Part shown: piece by piece, positions 40,760 through 53,545 of the stretch
Layout of the letters: every line of letters begins with the position of its first letter
How positions within the stretch are numbered: position 1 is the stretch's first letter
NCBI GenBank assembly: GCA_964016885.1
Contig: OZ024751.1
Span: forward strand, 52,452,001 to 52,516,000
Source of the DNA: Eledone cirrhosa
Taxonomy: Eukaryota
Direction: 5' to 3'
Length of the DNA stretch: 64,000 bases
Made by a program: the position numbers and the translations under genes
The notes under the pieces: generated by a model
Databases searched by the model: none
What the model was told of the DNA's origin: nothing
The model's input: only the letters and a program-made list of their open reading frames with translations

Positions 40760-41186
40760 CAGTGGAACCTAGGTTCACAAACTTAATTCATTCCTGAAGG
40801 CCGTTTGTCACCCAAAATGTTAAATGTCTGAAAACTGAAACTAATGTTGAGAGAGAAATACAGAGAGAGAGAATGTGTCAAAGACAGATAGAATATCATA
40901 ACTAACTACACTGCAAGTGACATTTTACTGCTTGATACTTCAAGCTTGTTGCCAACCATTATTGCCAGCTTGCATATTTGTTACTTGAAATACCGTTCAT
41001 GAATCGAGACGTTTTATGTTCAGAAACATTATTCGTAAACCAATTTATTCGTAGTATCTTTATTGTGAAAATTTGTAGTGTTGGTCTCTTAAAATCCTAT
41101 AATGATTAAGCAAAAAATATCTAAAAAACAAGTTTATTAATTCAAATGTTTGTGAGGAGAGGCATTTGTAAACTGAGATTCCATTG
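40760..41186. mobile_element. Tigger/pogo-like MITE
   Basis: TA-flanked TIRs cagtggaacctaggttcacaaa / tttgtaaactgagattccattg. Confidence 0.75.
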
Positions 41187-41350
41187 TATAGGAATTAAAT
41201 ATATGGGAAAACACAGAAAAAATACGTTCGAGGAGATGTCTTTGCCACATTCTGGGGTCGCAGTTTTATGACTCCAAACCACTGGTCTGTTCTCTCTCTG
41301 TATGTAGAAAGACTACAAAGAATACATTCCTATATTCCTATGTGGTAGAA

Positions 41351-41530
41351 ATAATTGTTTCTACTTTAGGCACAAGGCCAGCAATTACCCAGTACATTAC
41401 TGGTACTTTATTTTATCGACCCCGTAAGGATGAAAGGCAAAGTTAACCTCGGCGGGATTTGAACTCAGACTGTAAAGGGACGTAACTATGCTAGAAAGCA
41501 TGGCGTCCAACCCTCTACCGATACTGCCAA
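41351..41530 (-). mobile_element. tRNA-derived SINE
   Basis: Reverse complement of the 30253-30430 family. Confidence 0.85.
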
Positions 41531-42429
41531 TTCACCATGTGGTAGAAATAATTGTTTCTATTTTTGGCACAAGGCCAGAAGCTGGTTTGGCCAAGTCGGA
41601 CAAATTCTTAACAGTATTTGTGTATTTGTTTCAACCGTTTACGTAATGAGTTCAAATCCTGCCAAGGCTAACTTCACTGTTCATGCTTCCGAGGTTGATA
41701 AACTAAAATACCAGTTAAATACTGAGGTTCATACCCCCCCCCCCCCACACACACACACGCACACACGATATATATATATACAATATAGAGAGGAAAAAAA
41801 ACACAGGAGTATGTGTTTTTATTTACAGGGGGTAAATGAAAACACTCTCCTATGTTTGTTTTTCCTTTGTGCTCATTAAATTACAGGGATAAATGTGAGT
41901 CCTTTACTCCGTTATATATATATTGTTGGCCTTATGCCTAAATTGGAAGCCATAAGTTGTGTATGTGTTTGAGAGAGTGTTAGTCTATATATGATGTCTT
42001 ATACGTATATCAATGTGTACGAGTAACTTAGTATGTATCAAGATGTACCTGTGATTTTATATTATGTAGGAGTGGGCGTGTGGGTGTTTGACGGAGTGGA
42101 TGTTTGTGTATGTTTAGATCTCTGTGTATATGTGTAGGGTAGGAGTGGATCTTTGTATGTATGTGTATTTGGATGTCTGTATGTGTATGAGTCTGTTTAA
42201 ATGTGTGTATGCACACGCGCGCATGTGTCAATGTCCTTCAGTTTCCAGCTATTTTCTCACCTGTAAATAAAATGAATGACTCCAACCAACCAACCAGCCA
42301 ATCACTCAACGAGAGAAAACAAGAGTCGAGTGATACCTCAGCTGGAAGTGCTAGAGAAAGCAGAAGAGTGTAGGTGGAGAGGTGGATATTGTAAGATGGA
42401 CAATGGAGACATGAAATAAAAAAATTTAA

Positions 42430-42900
42430 CTATTGTTTATTTAGCCCAAGGTCAGCACTGATAAAACCGACCTGTGATCAAACGTCTTCTAGTTGTGACC
42501 ATCTCTAGTTAGTATTTATATTTTATTTGTGTATAACTTAGATTACATTGCCCAATTCGTAATTTTCGTGGTCGGTGTTGTTTAGCCCTAGGTCGGCCTT
42601 GATCGAACAGATATGATAAAATATGTTCTAGCTGTTATCACCCTGTATTTTTGTACTTCATTTATCAAGGACTACATTGTCCTGTGTGCACCTTTTGTCG
42701 CTGTTGTTTAGCCCCAGGTCGGTTCTGATCAAGCAGGGTTAAGGATCAAACGTGCTCCAGCCATGGCCACCTCATATGATTGTATATGAGAGATAAACAA
42801 TGGACAATGAACTTTTAAAAAATTAAAGTAGAGGTAATGTAAAATTTGGGAAGATTTTGACTGCTATTTCTAGCAGACTGATGAAGAGACCAAGTAGAGG
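42430..42900. repeat. Three diverged tandem units (about 130 bp) of a dispersed repeat
   Basis: tttagccc.aggtc.gc.ctgat recurs at about 42441, 42581, 42707; related inverted copy near 58100-58290. Confidence 0.65.
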
Positions 42901-43516
42901 GCTTTCTCCCTTCCCCCTCCCTCTCTCCTAACTTCAATAGTATTTCTGGCTAACCACTTGTTTGCATTAACATGTGACAGACATCAAAACTTAACTTTAA
43001 CTTCATCTGTCTAACCCACCTTTACCTAACATTCCGTACATGACACAGTGCTTTGTTATTGGCGGCGGTGGTGACAGGTGAAAGATAGGGTGAAGAGGGA
43101 GAGGGAGGAGAAAACGGAAGAAAAGGAAAACAGATAATTTAAGGAAAACCAGAGAGAAAGGTGAGGAAAAAGTGGGAAGTACAAACGACACGAAAAAAGA
43201 TTTACCTGGAGTTTTATTTCATTAAATGAATTTCCTCTTGACCAAACCTCACCTTTCTATTAATTTATTTTCCACTTACATGATCAACAAATGTTTTATG
43301 TCGATATTTGTCCGGATTAATACCAGCTCTATCTACCACCACCATTAATATTGTAATCGTGGTGGTGGTCACGTTAATAGTTAATACAAGAACAGGACAA
43401 ATACCAACTAAATACAATATTTCTGAGATTTGGATTATGAAATCAATTTTATAGTAAAGGTAAGTAAAGTTTTACATATAATTATATTGTCCTGCTAGCG
43501 TATATATATACTCATA

Positions 43517-43614
43517 CAGGGTGTACCAAAAAATGTCTACATATGTTGATTACCTGTACAGGCAATATTTATTAGAATGCTGTCGAAGTGTGTATACATT
43601 TTTGGGACACCTTG
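43517..43614. mobile_element. Tc1/mariner-type MITE
   Basis: TA-flanked TIRs cagggtgt.ccaaaaatgt.taca. Confidence 0.8.
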
Positions 43615-43667
43615 TATGTATGTATATATATATAAATGAAAATATATATATATATGTGTGTATATAT

Positions 43668-43802
43668 AATTGTTTCTACTATTGGCACAAGGCCAGAAAA
43701 TACCCAGTACATTACTGGTACTTTATTTTATCGACCCCGTAAGGATGAAAGGCAAAGTTAACCTCGGCGGGATTTGAACTCAGAATGGCAAATGCCGTAA
43801 CT
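43668..43802 (-). mobile_element. tRNA-derived SINE, truncated
   Basis: Same family as 41351-41530. Confidence 0.8.
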
Positions 43803-43856
43803 GTATATATAATATGTGTATATATAATATATATGTATATATTATATATATACATA

Positions 43857-43953
43857 CAGGGTGTCCCAAAAATGTATACACATGTTGATTACCTGTACAG
43901 GCAATATTTATTAGAATGCTGTCAAAGTGTGTATATATTTTGGGGACACCCTG
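43857..43953. mobile_element. Tc1/mariner-type MITE, second copy
   Basis: Near-identical to 43517-43614; partial third copy near 56982-57050. Confidence 0.8.
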
Positions 43954-43969
43954 TATATATATTCATTTG

Positions 43970-44001
<32 letters not shown>

Positions 44002-44004
<3 letters not shown>

Positions 44005-44326
44005 CTGTTTCTACTTTTGGCACAAGGCCAGCAATTATCCCAGTGTATTATTGGTACTTTATTTTATTGACCCTGAAAGGCAAAGTTAAGCTCGGCGGAA
44101 TTTGAACTCAGACCATAAAGGGCCGTAACTATTTGCTGCAAAGCATGGCGTCTGACCCTCTACCGATACTGCCAACAAAACTGATTAATAAATTCAATGT
44201 CTTGGTTTTCTATCCATTATTCGAGGTTAACTTTGCCTTTCATCCTTACGGGGTCGATGAAATAAAGTACCAGTAATGCACTGGGAGAATTGCTGGCCTT
44301 GTGCCAAAAGTAGAAATAATTATTAT
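44002..44326. mobile_element. Divergent SINE pair (44002-44174 minus, 44222-44326 plus)
   Basis: Same SINE family; further decayed minus copies at about 45225-45380 and 57180-57350. Confidence 0.8.
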
Positions 44327-46069
44327 TTATGTAGTCTATTCATCTACATTCATACAATACGACGGATTTATTTAATCAAAGTTTATTAATTCCCAATACT
44401 GTAAGGAATATAATGTATTCGATTATTTTACTGATTGTGGTCACGTTTATAGTTAATACAAGAATAGGACACCAAGCTTATATATACTGTATATATATAT
44501 TTGTAAAAGTTCGTTGATATCTATGTTACAAAAGACATCTAGGCAATTGAAAGACACCTACAATGTATGTTAATAAGTAATACTGTCTATATATGTATGG
44601 TATATTGTCTATGTATGTATATATTGTGTACTGTCTGTATGTATGGTATATTGTTTCTGTATGTATGGTATATTGTTTCTGTATGTATATATGGTATACT
44701 GTCTGTATGTATGGTATATTGTTTATGTATGTATATATGATGTACTGTATGTGTATATATGATACACTGTCTGTCTATATGATGTACTGTCTGGCTATAT
44801 ATGTATGGTATGTCAAGACAACAAACGGGAAGTGTTGTGTATATTTCGTGGTCAACAAGAATTTTTGTGGACCTAAATATATAAAAATATAAATCACTGA
44901 ACTTAGGTAACTTTTTTTTTTTTTTACGATACTCGTTTCAAAGACGAGTGTAATTGTAGACATTAAAAAAAACTACGGTTTTACATTATTTTCATAGTTT
45001 TTTTTTGTTTTGTTTTTTCATGTGCTATCAACTAATCTAATCTCCAAGATTCTGACAATCGACTTTTTTCCCTGAGAACGCAGAACTACGTTAAGGATGT
45101 GTGTGTTTGTTAGAATACCCAGCACGTTAATTTCATTGGCAATTATCTGTTAATTGGAACACTCATCTTAGGAACCGACGGAGGTCCAACACACATTCAC
45201 ACTCACATAAATAGGTAGATATAATAGTTTCTAATTTGGGGTACAAGGCTAGTAATTGGAGTAGAAAGTAAAGTCGATTGTATCGACGCCAATACTTGAC
45301 TGGTACTTTATTTTATCTTCCACGGAATGATGAAAAGCAAAGTTGACCTCGGCATGATTTGAACTCAGAAAGTAGAGAGCCTGAACAAATTGTGTGTGTG
45401 TGTGTGTGAGAGACAGAGAGAGAGGTCTTCTGTGTTCACTTCTTCCAGGTACTTAGCTTTTTTTTTATACGGTAGTATATCAGATGAGCTTTTGGTTATC
45501 AAATGTCTGACCTAATGGCACCACTTAGACTGTCCAATTATTGTTATAAATAGACAACGAATTCATGCTTTCTCCCATCCACTCAATGACGGTGAGTGGT
45601 ATGGCTTAAGAGAAGGAAGGTTGGAAGTCAGGAGGGAGGTGTTTATATATATATATATATATATACATACATAGTTCACGATTAAAAAATACAAACACAG
45701 ATACAATTACACAAAGCCTTATTAGTTTTATGCATGTCTGAAATGAAAATGAATATCTCAATGTATTGGACGTTGGTCTTTCATCGGGAAAGAGGTTGAA
45801 AAATTGAAGGGAAAAAGTGTTTATCGGGATGTGTGGAGTGGTCGTGGAGCGTCTGTGTCTATCATTGATGTCTGTGTGCGATGAGACGCATTTTGTGAGT
45901 GTATGTTCTTAAAATTTCATGTAGATCTCTCTATATATATATATCTATATATATATATATATATAGGTATTAAAGTTTCCGTTGGAATTGAAAAAGTCAT
46001 AGGAGTGAAGAGTGCTCTATGTAAGTACCAGAGCAAAATTTAATGTATAATAAACAATACAATATAATT

Positions 46070-46141
46070 ACCTCATTACCAGAGGTTTCCCGAATAAGAC
46101 GAATACGAAAGAAACGTCCTCATTCGTTCGTCGGACAAGGC
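46070..46141 (-). ncRNA. Hammerhead fold with CCGACGA core (inverted copy of 53397-53468)
   Basis: Near-identical reverse complement. Confidence 0.7.
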
Positions 46142-47365
46142 AATATAAAACATAGTGAAATATTTGGAAAGTCTCCTCAAGAAATGCAAAAAAATATATA
46201 TATATAAATAAAGGTAATGCAATAGACATATAAAATATATAAAAAAATATAAGGAAATATAGTTAGTTGTGTGTATATGTATGTACAAATGCGTGTGTAT
46301 GGTGAAAATGTGTGCGTAAGTACATATATGAGGGCAAGTATATTTGTGTATATGTAACCACAAATACGGATGTAATCTAATTGACACCAATCCAGAAGCA
46401 GGTATTAGATACACATATAAGTATGAAAGCACGCGTATAAACACACACACACGCGCGATCACTTATATGCGGAAGATAAAGAGGGAAGGGAGTGTAATAG
46501 TTAAAAGAAAGTGTCATTCTCGATATATGTATAAAAATTAAACAATATGTGAGAAAGAAAAAAATTTTAAATGAAAGAGAAAGTAGTCAATTAACACTAG
46601 AGAAAAGAAAAGAAAAGAAGATACACGCGTACATACACATATATCTATTAAAAACCATATATCTATAAGAAAACATATATATACATGCAATACGTACAGA
46701 CAAAAGCGTATGCATGCGTACATACTTACACAGGATGCACGCATACATATACATACATATCGCCCCATGTATATCTATTCGCACGTACGTACGCGACTGT
46801 ATATATATATATATATATATATATACACGCACACATACACATCCATACATACAATACATATATACACACAAACATATTTACGTACATTGACCCCCTTACA
46901 GACATACACATAAAAATAAGAATGTAAAAAACATAGATATAAAAACACACATACATACACATATATATATACACGCGCGCATACGGAGGCGTTCGTGTAC
47001 ATATACAGAACGTATACACACATAAAGACGCTCAGACACATAGATACAGGGTGTAAAGCAGCCTTATGAATAAATGGGTACAAATATAAAAATATAAAAT
47101 TGGCTGCGAAATAACAGAAAATATCTGGAGTGGAAAACGCAAGTGAACTGTTCAATCAGGTAGTAAAGAAAATAGGTAAGTAAAAAGTGGAAAGTGAAAA
47201 TATTAGGTAAGTGAATCGAAGGATAAAGTAGGGGGAGGGGTTACTGGTGGATGTGAAGTAAAAATAAAAATAAAAATAAAAATAAAAATAATAATAAGGT
47301 TAAAAATGAAAGTAAACCAGAAAGAGTAGTCTTTAAAGAGAATAATTTAAGTGAAGAATAAGAGC

Positions 47366-47719
47366 TTATGGAGGATAAGTATCTGAAAGTGAGTTAAGTT
47401 TATATGAGCTGGAAAGCAAGTGTGATTTCATGTGTGGGCAACTGGTAAACATTTCTGTCTTTGTACTTAGGCAGGTTTTTGGTGATTTAAGGTTTTGTAA
47501 AATCCAATATTTTTCATTTATGCAGAGTGTGCATTTTCTTGTTCCTCTTGCATATTCTTTAGATTGGTTCAAAATTGACCAATCCAATTTATATTGGATA
47601 CCTTGGTCTTTCAAATCCCATATTCTGCTAGCCAGAGCTGTTGTGAATCTTTTTTCTGGATGTCGAAAGGATGCGACATGTGAGTAATAACGCGTTTTGA
47701 ACTTGTCTTGTGTCATACC
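47366..47719 (-). pseudogene. PLE GIY-YIG C-terminal half, split from its N-half (51932-52036) by the Gypsy insertion
   Basis: GMTQDKFKTRYYSH..CTLCINEKYWIL..SCPH. Confidence 0.85.
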
Positions 47720-48001
47720 TGTGGTTAGAAAAAGCTATCTCACTTACCGCTTTTCACAGGCGCCGCTAAATTCCACTGCAGGTACTCCTCTTCCACGTGC
47801 GTCCGACTGCTTAACACCGGGAGCTGCCCAAAACGCGTCCTCACCGTATGCTGGTCACCACTAGAGAGAGGCCCTCTCCTGGCCCTTCATGTCGAGCATC
47901 CTTCCGGTCAAAGACCCCTTCCGGTCGAGCACTCAAAAACCCCTTCCGGTCGAGCACTCCCCCCCCCCCCCCCGGCCACCGCACGCCACACCATACCCAC
48001 A
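47720..48001 (-). repeat. 3' LTR (TG...CA)
   Basis: Matches 51657-51931; internal tandem ccttccggtcgagca units. Confidence 0.9.
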
Positions 48002-48014
48002 CGCCCCCCTGATC

Positions 48015-50897
48015 TCAAGGATCAATTTCCCCCTCGTCCCTCTGCATATGAAAGTCTGCCGTCCAGGTCGGTGGTCTACGACTTCGTTGCGATCTTCGTA
48101 GTATTGGGGCAGGGCTCTGGGTTTCCACCTCATCTTGGGTTTCCTCTTCCTCGTAGTCCGTCGATACAGTGATTCTTCTTACATCCAGGACATGACGTGG
48201 TACCCCGTCCACGGACACATTGTTCTTTGAATTTACGGCCGTCACCGTTCCCCTTCCCCATTGAGATGTGCACCGTGCATCTGGGGGCTTAACCCAGACT
48301 TCTTCGCCCACCTGCACGAATGCACTCTCTCTCCCCACTGGCCGTTGTGGTGGCGTGCTCGGGTGCCGCCACTCGTATTTGAATACTGCTCTGTGTGGCA
48401 CCGATTCCTCGACCTGTCCAACCCGAGGGGACATATTGTACCAGAACACTGCCTCCATTGGTGAGATATGGCCCCGCTCCGTCATTGCCTTGATCGTCCG
48501 GTGGTGTCGCTCCACGATTCCATTCCCGCTCGGCCTGTGCGCCGCTCTGAAGAAACGGTCCACCTTCCATCCCTCGAGCATCCCCCTCAGTGCCTCCGAG
48601 CGGAACGCTGCGCTGTTGTCCATCAGCAGTTCATCCACAGGGCCCCGCTCCAAGAACACCTCTCTCAACGTCCGCACGATTTCCTCGGCCGTTCCAGTCT
48701 TCATCTCCCTCCATATCACCACTCGACCTGGTCCACAGTCGACCATCGAGAGGTACGTTCCCTGCCGGTAGTGCGTCACATCCACCGCTAATCGCTTCCA
48801 GTCGCGATCCACCGGGAGGCTTCCCGTTTCGTGTACACCCGGGGCGGGATCAATGGACTGACATCGGACGCAGCCTCTAACGACCCCCCGAACACTGTGT
48901 CTGCTAACGTCCGAGTCGATTCTCCTGGCTAGGAACAGACTCCTATCCACCCCCATGTGGTGCATGTCATGCAACCCCTTCAGGTCTAACTCGGTCAGCC
49001 GACACACGGCAGCTAGCTCATCCTCTACCTCCTCCGGTGCTTCCATCCAGGCTTTCTTCACTCTAGTTAAGATGTCCGCCCTATTTTTCTCTGAAGGCAC
49101 GAACACTACGCTCAGCTTCAGGTCGAACTCGGTGGCCAGCTCTCCTAATGTTCCCAGGCGGCGCTTTATCAGCATCTCCGCCGCGCCTCTCGTTCGCACT
49201 CTCTTCTCACTGGTGAGCACTGATCTTACCCATCCGAGTACGGTAGCCGAGTCGGTGCGTATCTCGATGGTGCGCAGCCCCCACCGCAGGGCGAGGTTCA
49301 CCCCTCTCAACACCGCGTCCAGCTCGGCCACATTGATGTGGCTGCAGTCGTCCTTCTTTCTAAGCCAGGCTGCATCCTCGACCTCAACACCTCCTATCTC
49401 CAACGTGACACCCAGCGCTATGCTGCTGGCATCGCACCATACGGTCCCGCTCCGTGATTTGGGAACGTACCAGCGTCCCCGCACTGGGTCGTCGGCCTTC
49501 ACCCTCCCCACGATCTCCTGCATCATGGCCACCGTTCTCTCTCCCACTCTGTCACTCCAAGTCACCCCTCCCGCTCGTCTCTTGACATAGCTGCATGCCG
49601 TCCGGAGCCACCCAGCGATCGGGTAGTGACCCACCAGCTTTCCACACACCGAGAAAAGCTCCCGCCTATTCATACTTGGGCTCAGTTCCGGAACTTCGTT
49701 TCCCCTCTGGAACACCAAAACGCCCGTCTTATCTCGCCGTAGCCTAAGTCCCAGCGCGGCTCCTCCCTCCAATGCTTCTGATGGCTTCGCAGTCAGTCCA
49801 TACCTCCGCAAATGGTTCGTGACCTCCGCCGTCGACACCACCGACTCGTCCACTAGGATGTCGTCAATGTAGGAGTTAGTAGCCCTCTTTATCTTGTCGG
49901 CCCTCCCCAGAGCGGTCTTGAGGACCGCCGCCATGATCTTCGGTGCGGAGCTCAGCCCGAAACCGAGCCTGGTCAGGCAATATGTCCGGCCCTTATACCT
50001 GACCAGCTGATACCGCCAGAGCTTCTCATCTATATGCAACTGCAAGTAAGCCGACTTTAGATCCACGATCGCTGACCCCCCCCCCCCCGTCATGCGTCTC
50101 CACTCACGCAGGGTTTCCCCACAGACATCCGTGACCTCACCACCCGTGTGGCATGACACGTGCTCGTTCAGCTCTCGATAGTCCAGCACCGGCCTCACCT
50201 TGCTCTTCGTGGGTTGCACCACCGCCATCAACGGCAATACTCCGCACTTCACCTCCTCCTTCCAGGGAAGCAGTATGCCCTCTTCGATCCATCTCTCTAC
50301 TTCTCGCTCGAACTCGCCCCTAGCGTTTCCCTTCAATGTGTGTTGATAGCAGCCCACTTTGGTCTTCAGTGTTTGTGGTTCTCCCTTCCAGTACCACTCA
50401 ACAACCCATCGCTGCCCATCAAACACGGCCTTGAAGTCCTTGTCCTGTACAGTGTAAGCGGGGTATTGCTCCTCGTGGGCCTTCTGGTTCTCATGACGTG
50501 CACTCACAGCGCATACCGATGCAGCGGCGCCAAACGACACACCGACATTGTTCACCGTGACGCCCCCTAGACGGCCAATCGCGTCCATGCCCATAACCAC
50601 GCCGATCCCATCCACCACACTGTCTACCACGATGGCGGAAAGCCTTATCGTCCTTCCCCGTACCGCTATTTCCATCTAGCTGCGACCTCGGCATTCAATT
50701 TTCCTGCCGTCGACTGCCCTTACGCTGCTCTTCCCTCCCCACCTCTGCGCCACCCCCGCGGTCACCAGTGTCGTCGTACAGCCCGTATCCACGAGGGCTC
50801 GCTGTGGCTTCCCCCTCACGAAGACTTCCACCACGGGCAGCACCGCTACTCGTAAGGGGCAACTACCGGCGCAGTAGTTCCCCTTGGACCGTTTCCC
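48015..50897 (-). pseudogene. Gypsy pol (protease, RT, RNase H, integrase), one in-frame TAG at 50676-50678
   Basis: ALVDTGC; IVDLKSAYLQ, LGFGLSSAP, YIDDIL; WCDAS; HDMHH..CVRC, VDVTH, LMDNS, GIVERHHR. Confidence 0.9.
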
Positions 50898-51597
50898 TGG
50901 TCGCAATTAGTAGCGATGTGGCCTGGTCGCTTACACCGGTAGCAAATTATATCCGGCTTCGACTCTCTACAGTCTCTAGCCATATGCGGGCCATGACACC
51001 TAAAATAGCGGCCCTTAAATTCTCGCGAACGGCCGCGTGCCGAGGTTGCCTCCCTTTGACCATTCCGCTGCCAGGTGTCCTGAGCCTCCGTAGTCGCTAT
51101 CGCCACGACACTCTTTTTGGCATCTTCCGTTATGATCCGGGCTTGTTCCACCAGTGAACGCATTTCCATCTCCTTGTACCCCGGGACTTGCTGCAGTTTC
51201 ACCGCTATTCACCATTGATGAATGCCAACCGCACCGTGCGTTCGCATTCCGCCTGGTAACCCGCCAACATAGCCAACCGCCTTATTTCCGCTGCGAAAAT
51301 GTCGACGCGCTCACCATTCCACCTGATTCTCGCCAGCTTAGCAAAAGCCGCCAACGGTCCCTCGGCGAATGCATCCATCAGACGCCTCTCAATCTTCTGC
51401 ACATCTCTTTGGCTGTGCTCGTCCAACTCAAGGAAGAGTACCAACGCGTCGCCCTCGAGGTACAATGCAATGAAACCGGCCACGTCTTCTATCTTCTGCA
51501 AGCCCGCGACCAGCCGAACCTTCCGCAGCCAAGCGACAACATCACCTTCCCCGGTGAATGGCCTGATAGCTTCGTTCATCCGTAGTCTTGTCGCCAT
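50846..51597 (-). pseudogene. Gypsy gag with frameshift near 51205
   Basis: RPFTGEGDVVAWL start; CYRCKRPGHIATNC zinc knuckle plus a degenerate second knuckle. Confidence 0.85.
50854..50897 (-). promoter_or_regulatory. -1 programmed ribosomal frameshift signal
   Basis: G GGA AAC heptamer in gag phase, 5-nt spacer, hairpin aaggggaactact/ggtagttgcccctt; pol is in the -1 frame. Confidence 0.8.
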
Positions 51598-51656
51598 CTT
51601 CTGATTTGTTTTGCGGCAAGTGTTTTCTTTTTTTTTTTTCAGTCGCCGAAATAGCT

Positions 51657-51931
51657 TGTGGTTAGAAAAAGCTATCTCACTTACCGCTTTTCACAGGCGC
51701 CGCTAAATTCCACTGCAGGTACTCCTCTTCCACGTGCGTCCGACTGCTTAACACCGGGAGCTGCCCAAAACGCGTCCTCACCGTATGCTGGTCACCACTA
51801 GAGAGAGGCCCTCTCCTGGCCCTTCCGGTCGAGCATCCTTCCGGTCAAAGACCCCTTCCGGTCGAGCACTCAAAAACCCCTTCCGGTCGAGCACTCCCGC
51901 CCCGCCCCCGGCCACCGCACGCCACACCATA
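51657..51931 (-). repeat. 5' LTR, outer 6 nt missing
   Basis: Matches 47720-47995. Confidence 0.9.
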
Positions 51932-52599
51932 TCGTTCATTGGTGGCTGGTTGGTTGTTGCTGATGGTTGTCACTTTAGCCGCATATACAATGGCTTTGGT
52001 ATTGCATTTACCTTGTAATGGGCATTCACTTTTGACTCTACAGGAGTCTACATTCAAAAGTGAATGCCCATTACAAGGTAAATGCAACACCAAAGCCATT
52101 GTATATGCGGCTAAAGTGACAACCATCAGCAACAACCAACCAGCCACCAGTGAACGATATGTGGGTATGACACAAGACAAGTTCAAAACGCCTTTATTCT
52201 TCGATTCACTTACCTAATATCTTCACTTTCCACTTTTTACTTACCTATTTTCTTTACTACCTGATTGAACAGTTCACTTACGTTTTCCACTCCAGATATT
52301 TTCTGTTATTTCGCAGCCAATTTTATATTTTTATATTTGTACCCATTTATTCATAAGGCTGCTTTACACCCTGTATCTATGTGTCTGAGCGTCTTTATGT
52401 GTGTGTATACGTTCTGTATATGTACACGAACGCCTCCGTATGTGCGCGTGTATGTATGTGTGTTTTTATATCTGTGTTTTTATATCTGTTTTTTACATTC
52501 TTATTTTTATGTGTGTGCGTGTAAGCGGGTCAATGTACGTAAATATGTTTGTGTGTATGTGTGTATATATGTATTGTATGTATGGATGTGTATGTGTGC

Positions 52600-52697
<98 letters not shown>

Positions 52698-53396
52698 TCG
52701 CGTACGTACGTGTGAATAGATATACATGGGGCGATATGTATGTATATGTATGCGTGCATCCTGTGTAAGTATGTACGCATGCATACGCTTTTGTCTGTAC
52801 GTATTGCATGTATATATATGTTTTCTTATAGATATATGGTTTTTAATAGATATATGTGTATGTATGCGTGTATCTTCTTTTCTTTTCTTTTCTTTTCTTT
52901 TCTCTAGTGTTAATTGACTACGTTCTCTTTCATTTAAAAATTTTTTCTTTCTCACATATTGTTTAATTTTTATACATATATCGAGAATGACACTTTCTTT
53001 TAACTGTTACACTCCCTTCCCCCTTTATCTTCCGCATATAGGTGATCGCGCGTGTGTGTGTGTTTATACGCGTGCGTTCATACTTATATGTGTATCTAAG
53101 ACCTGCTTCTGGATTCATGTCAACTAGATTGTATCCGTATTTGTGGTTACATATACACAAATATACTTGCCCTCATATATGTACTTACGCACACATTTTC
53201 ACCATACACACGCATTTGTACATACATACATATGTACATTTGTGAGTGTATATACATACATATACACACACCTAACTATATTTCCTTATATTTTTTTATA
53301 TATTTTATATGTCTATTGCATTACCTTTATTTATATATATATATTTTTTTGCATTTCTTGAGGAGACTTTCCAAATATTTCACTATGTTTTATATT

Positions 53397-53468
53397 GCCT
53401 TGTCCGACGAACGAATGAGGACGTTTCTTTCGTATTTGTCTTATTCGGGAAACCTCTGGTAATGAGGT
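53397..53468 (+). ncRNA. Hammerhead fold with CCGACGA core
   Basis: Stem I gccttgt/atgaggt, CCGACGA 53404-53410, long stem II cgaatgag.acg/tgtcttattcg, GAAA 53449-53452, acc-tct-ggt, GUA site. Confidence 0.72.
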
Positions 53469-53493
53469 AATTATATTGTATTGTTTATTATAC

Positions 53494-53540
<47 letters not shown>

Positions 53541-53545
<5 letters not shown>

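Larger units (their letters stand above)
47720..51931 (-). mobile_element. Compact Ty3/Gypsy LTR retrotransposon
   Basis: Near-identical LTRs, gag-PR-RT-RH-IN order, polypurine tract gagatcaggggggcg before the 3' LTR. Confidence 0.93.
45966..53496. mobile_element. Penelope-like element family C, palindromic insertion interrupted by Gypsy
   Basis: Left arm 46042-47719 plus 51932-52036, centre about 52037-52057, right arm 52058-53496 with about 460-bp deletion at 52191; tail 45966-46041; SECPLQGKC..IVYAA..RYVGMT..CTLCINEK. Confidence 0.9.

Noticed and set aside
42240-43465. Isolated splice-like signals (gtaagt at 43460; minus-strand donor and acceptor near 42336 and 42261)
   Set aside because: No coherent reading frame; needs transcript data
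45740-45790. Minus-strand CCGATGA-aagac-caac-gtc
   Set aside because: GAAA box absent
47880-47960. Short direct repeats with spacers resembling a CRISPR array
   Set aside because: Internal LTR tandem repeats in a eukaryotic context, no cas genes
48261-50570. Plus-strand ORFs overlapping Gypsy pol, and similar antisense ORFs over the RTE and CR1
   Set aside because: Shadow ORFs of GC-rich coding sequence with no recognisable motifs
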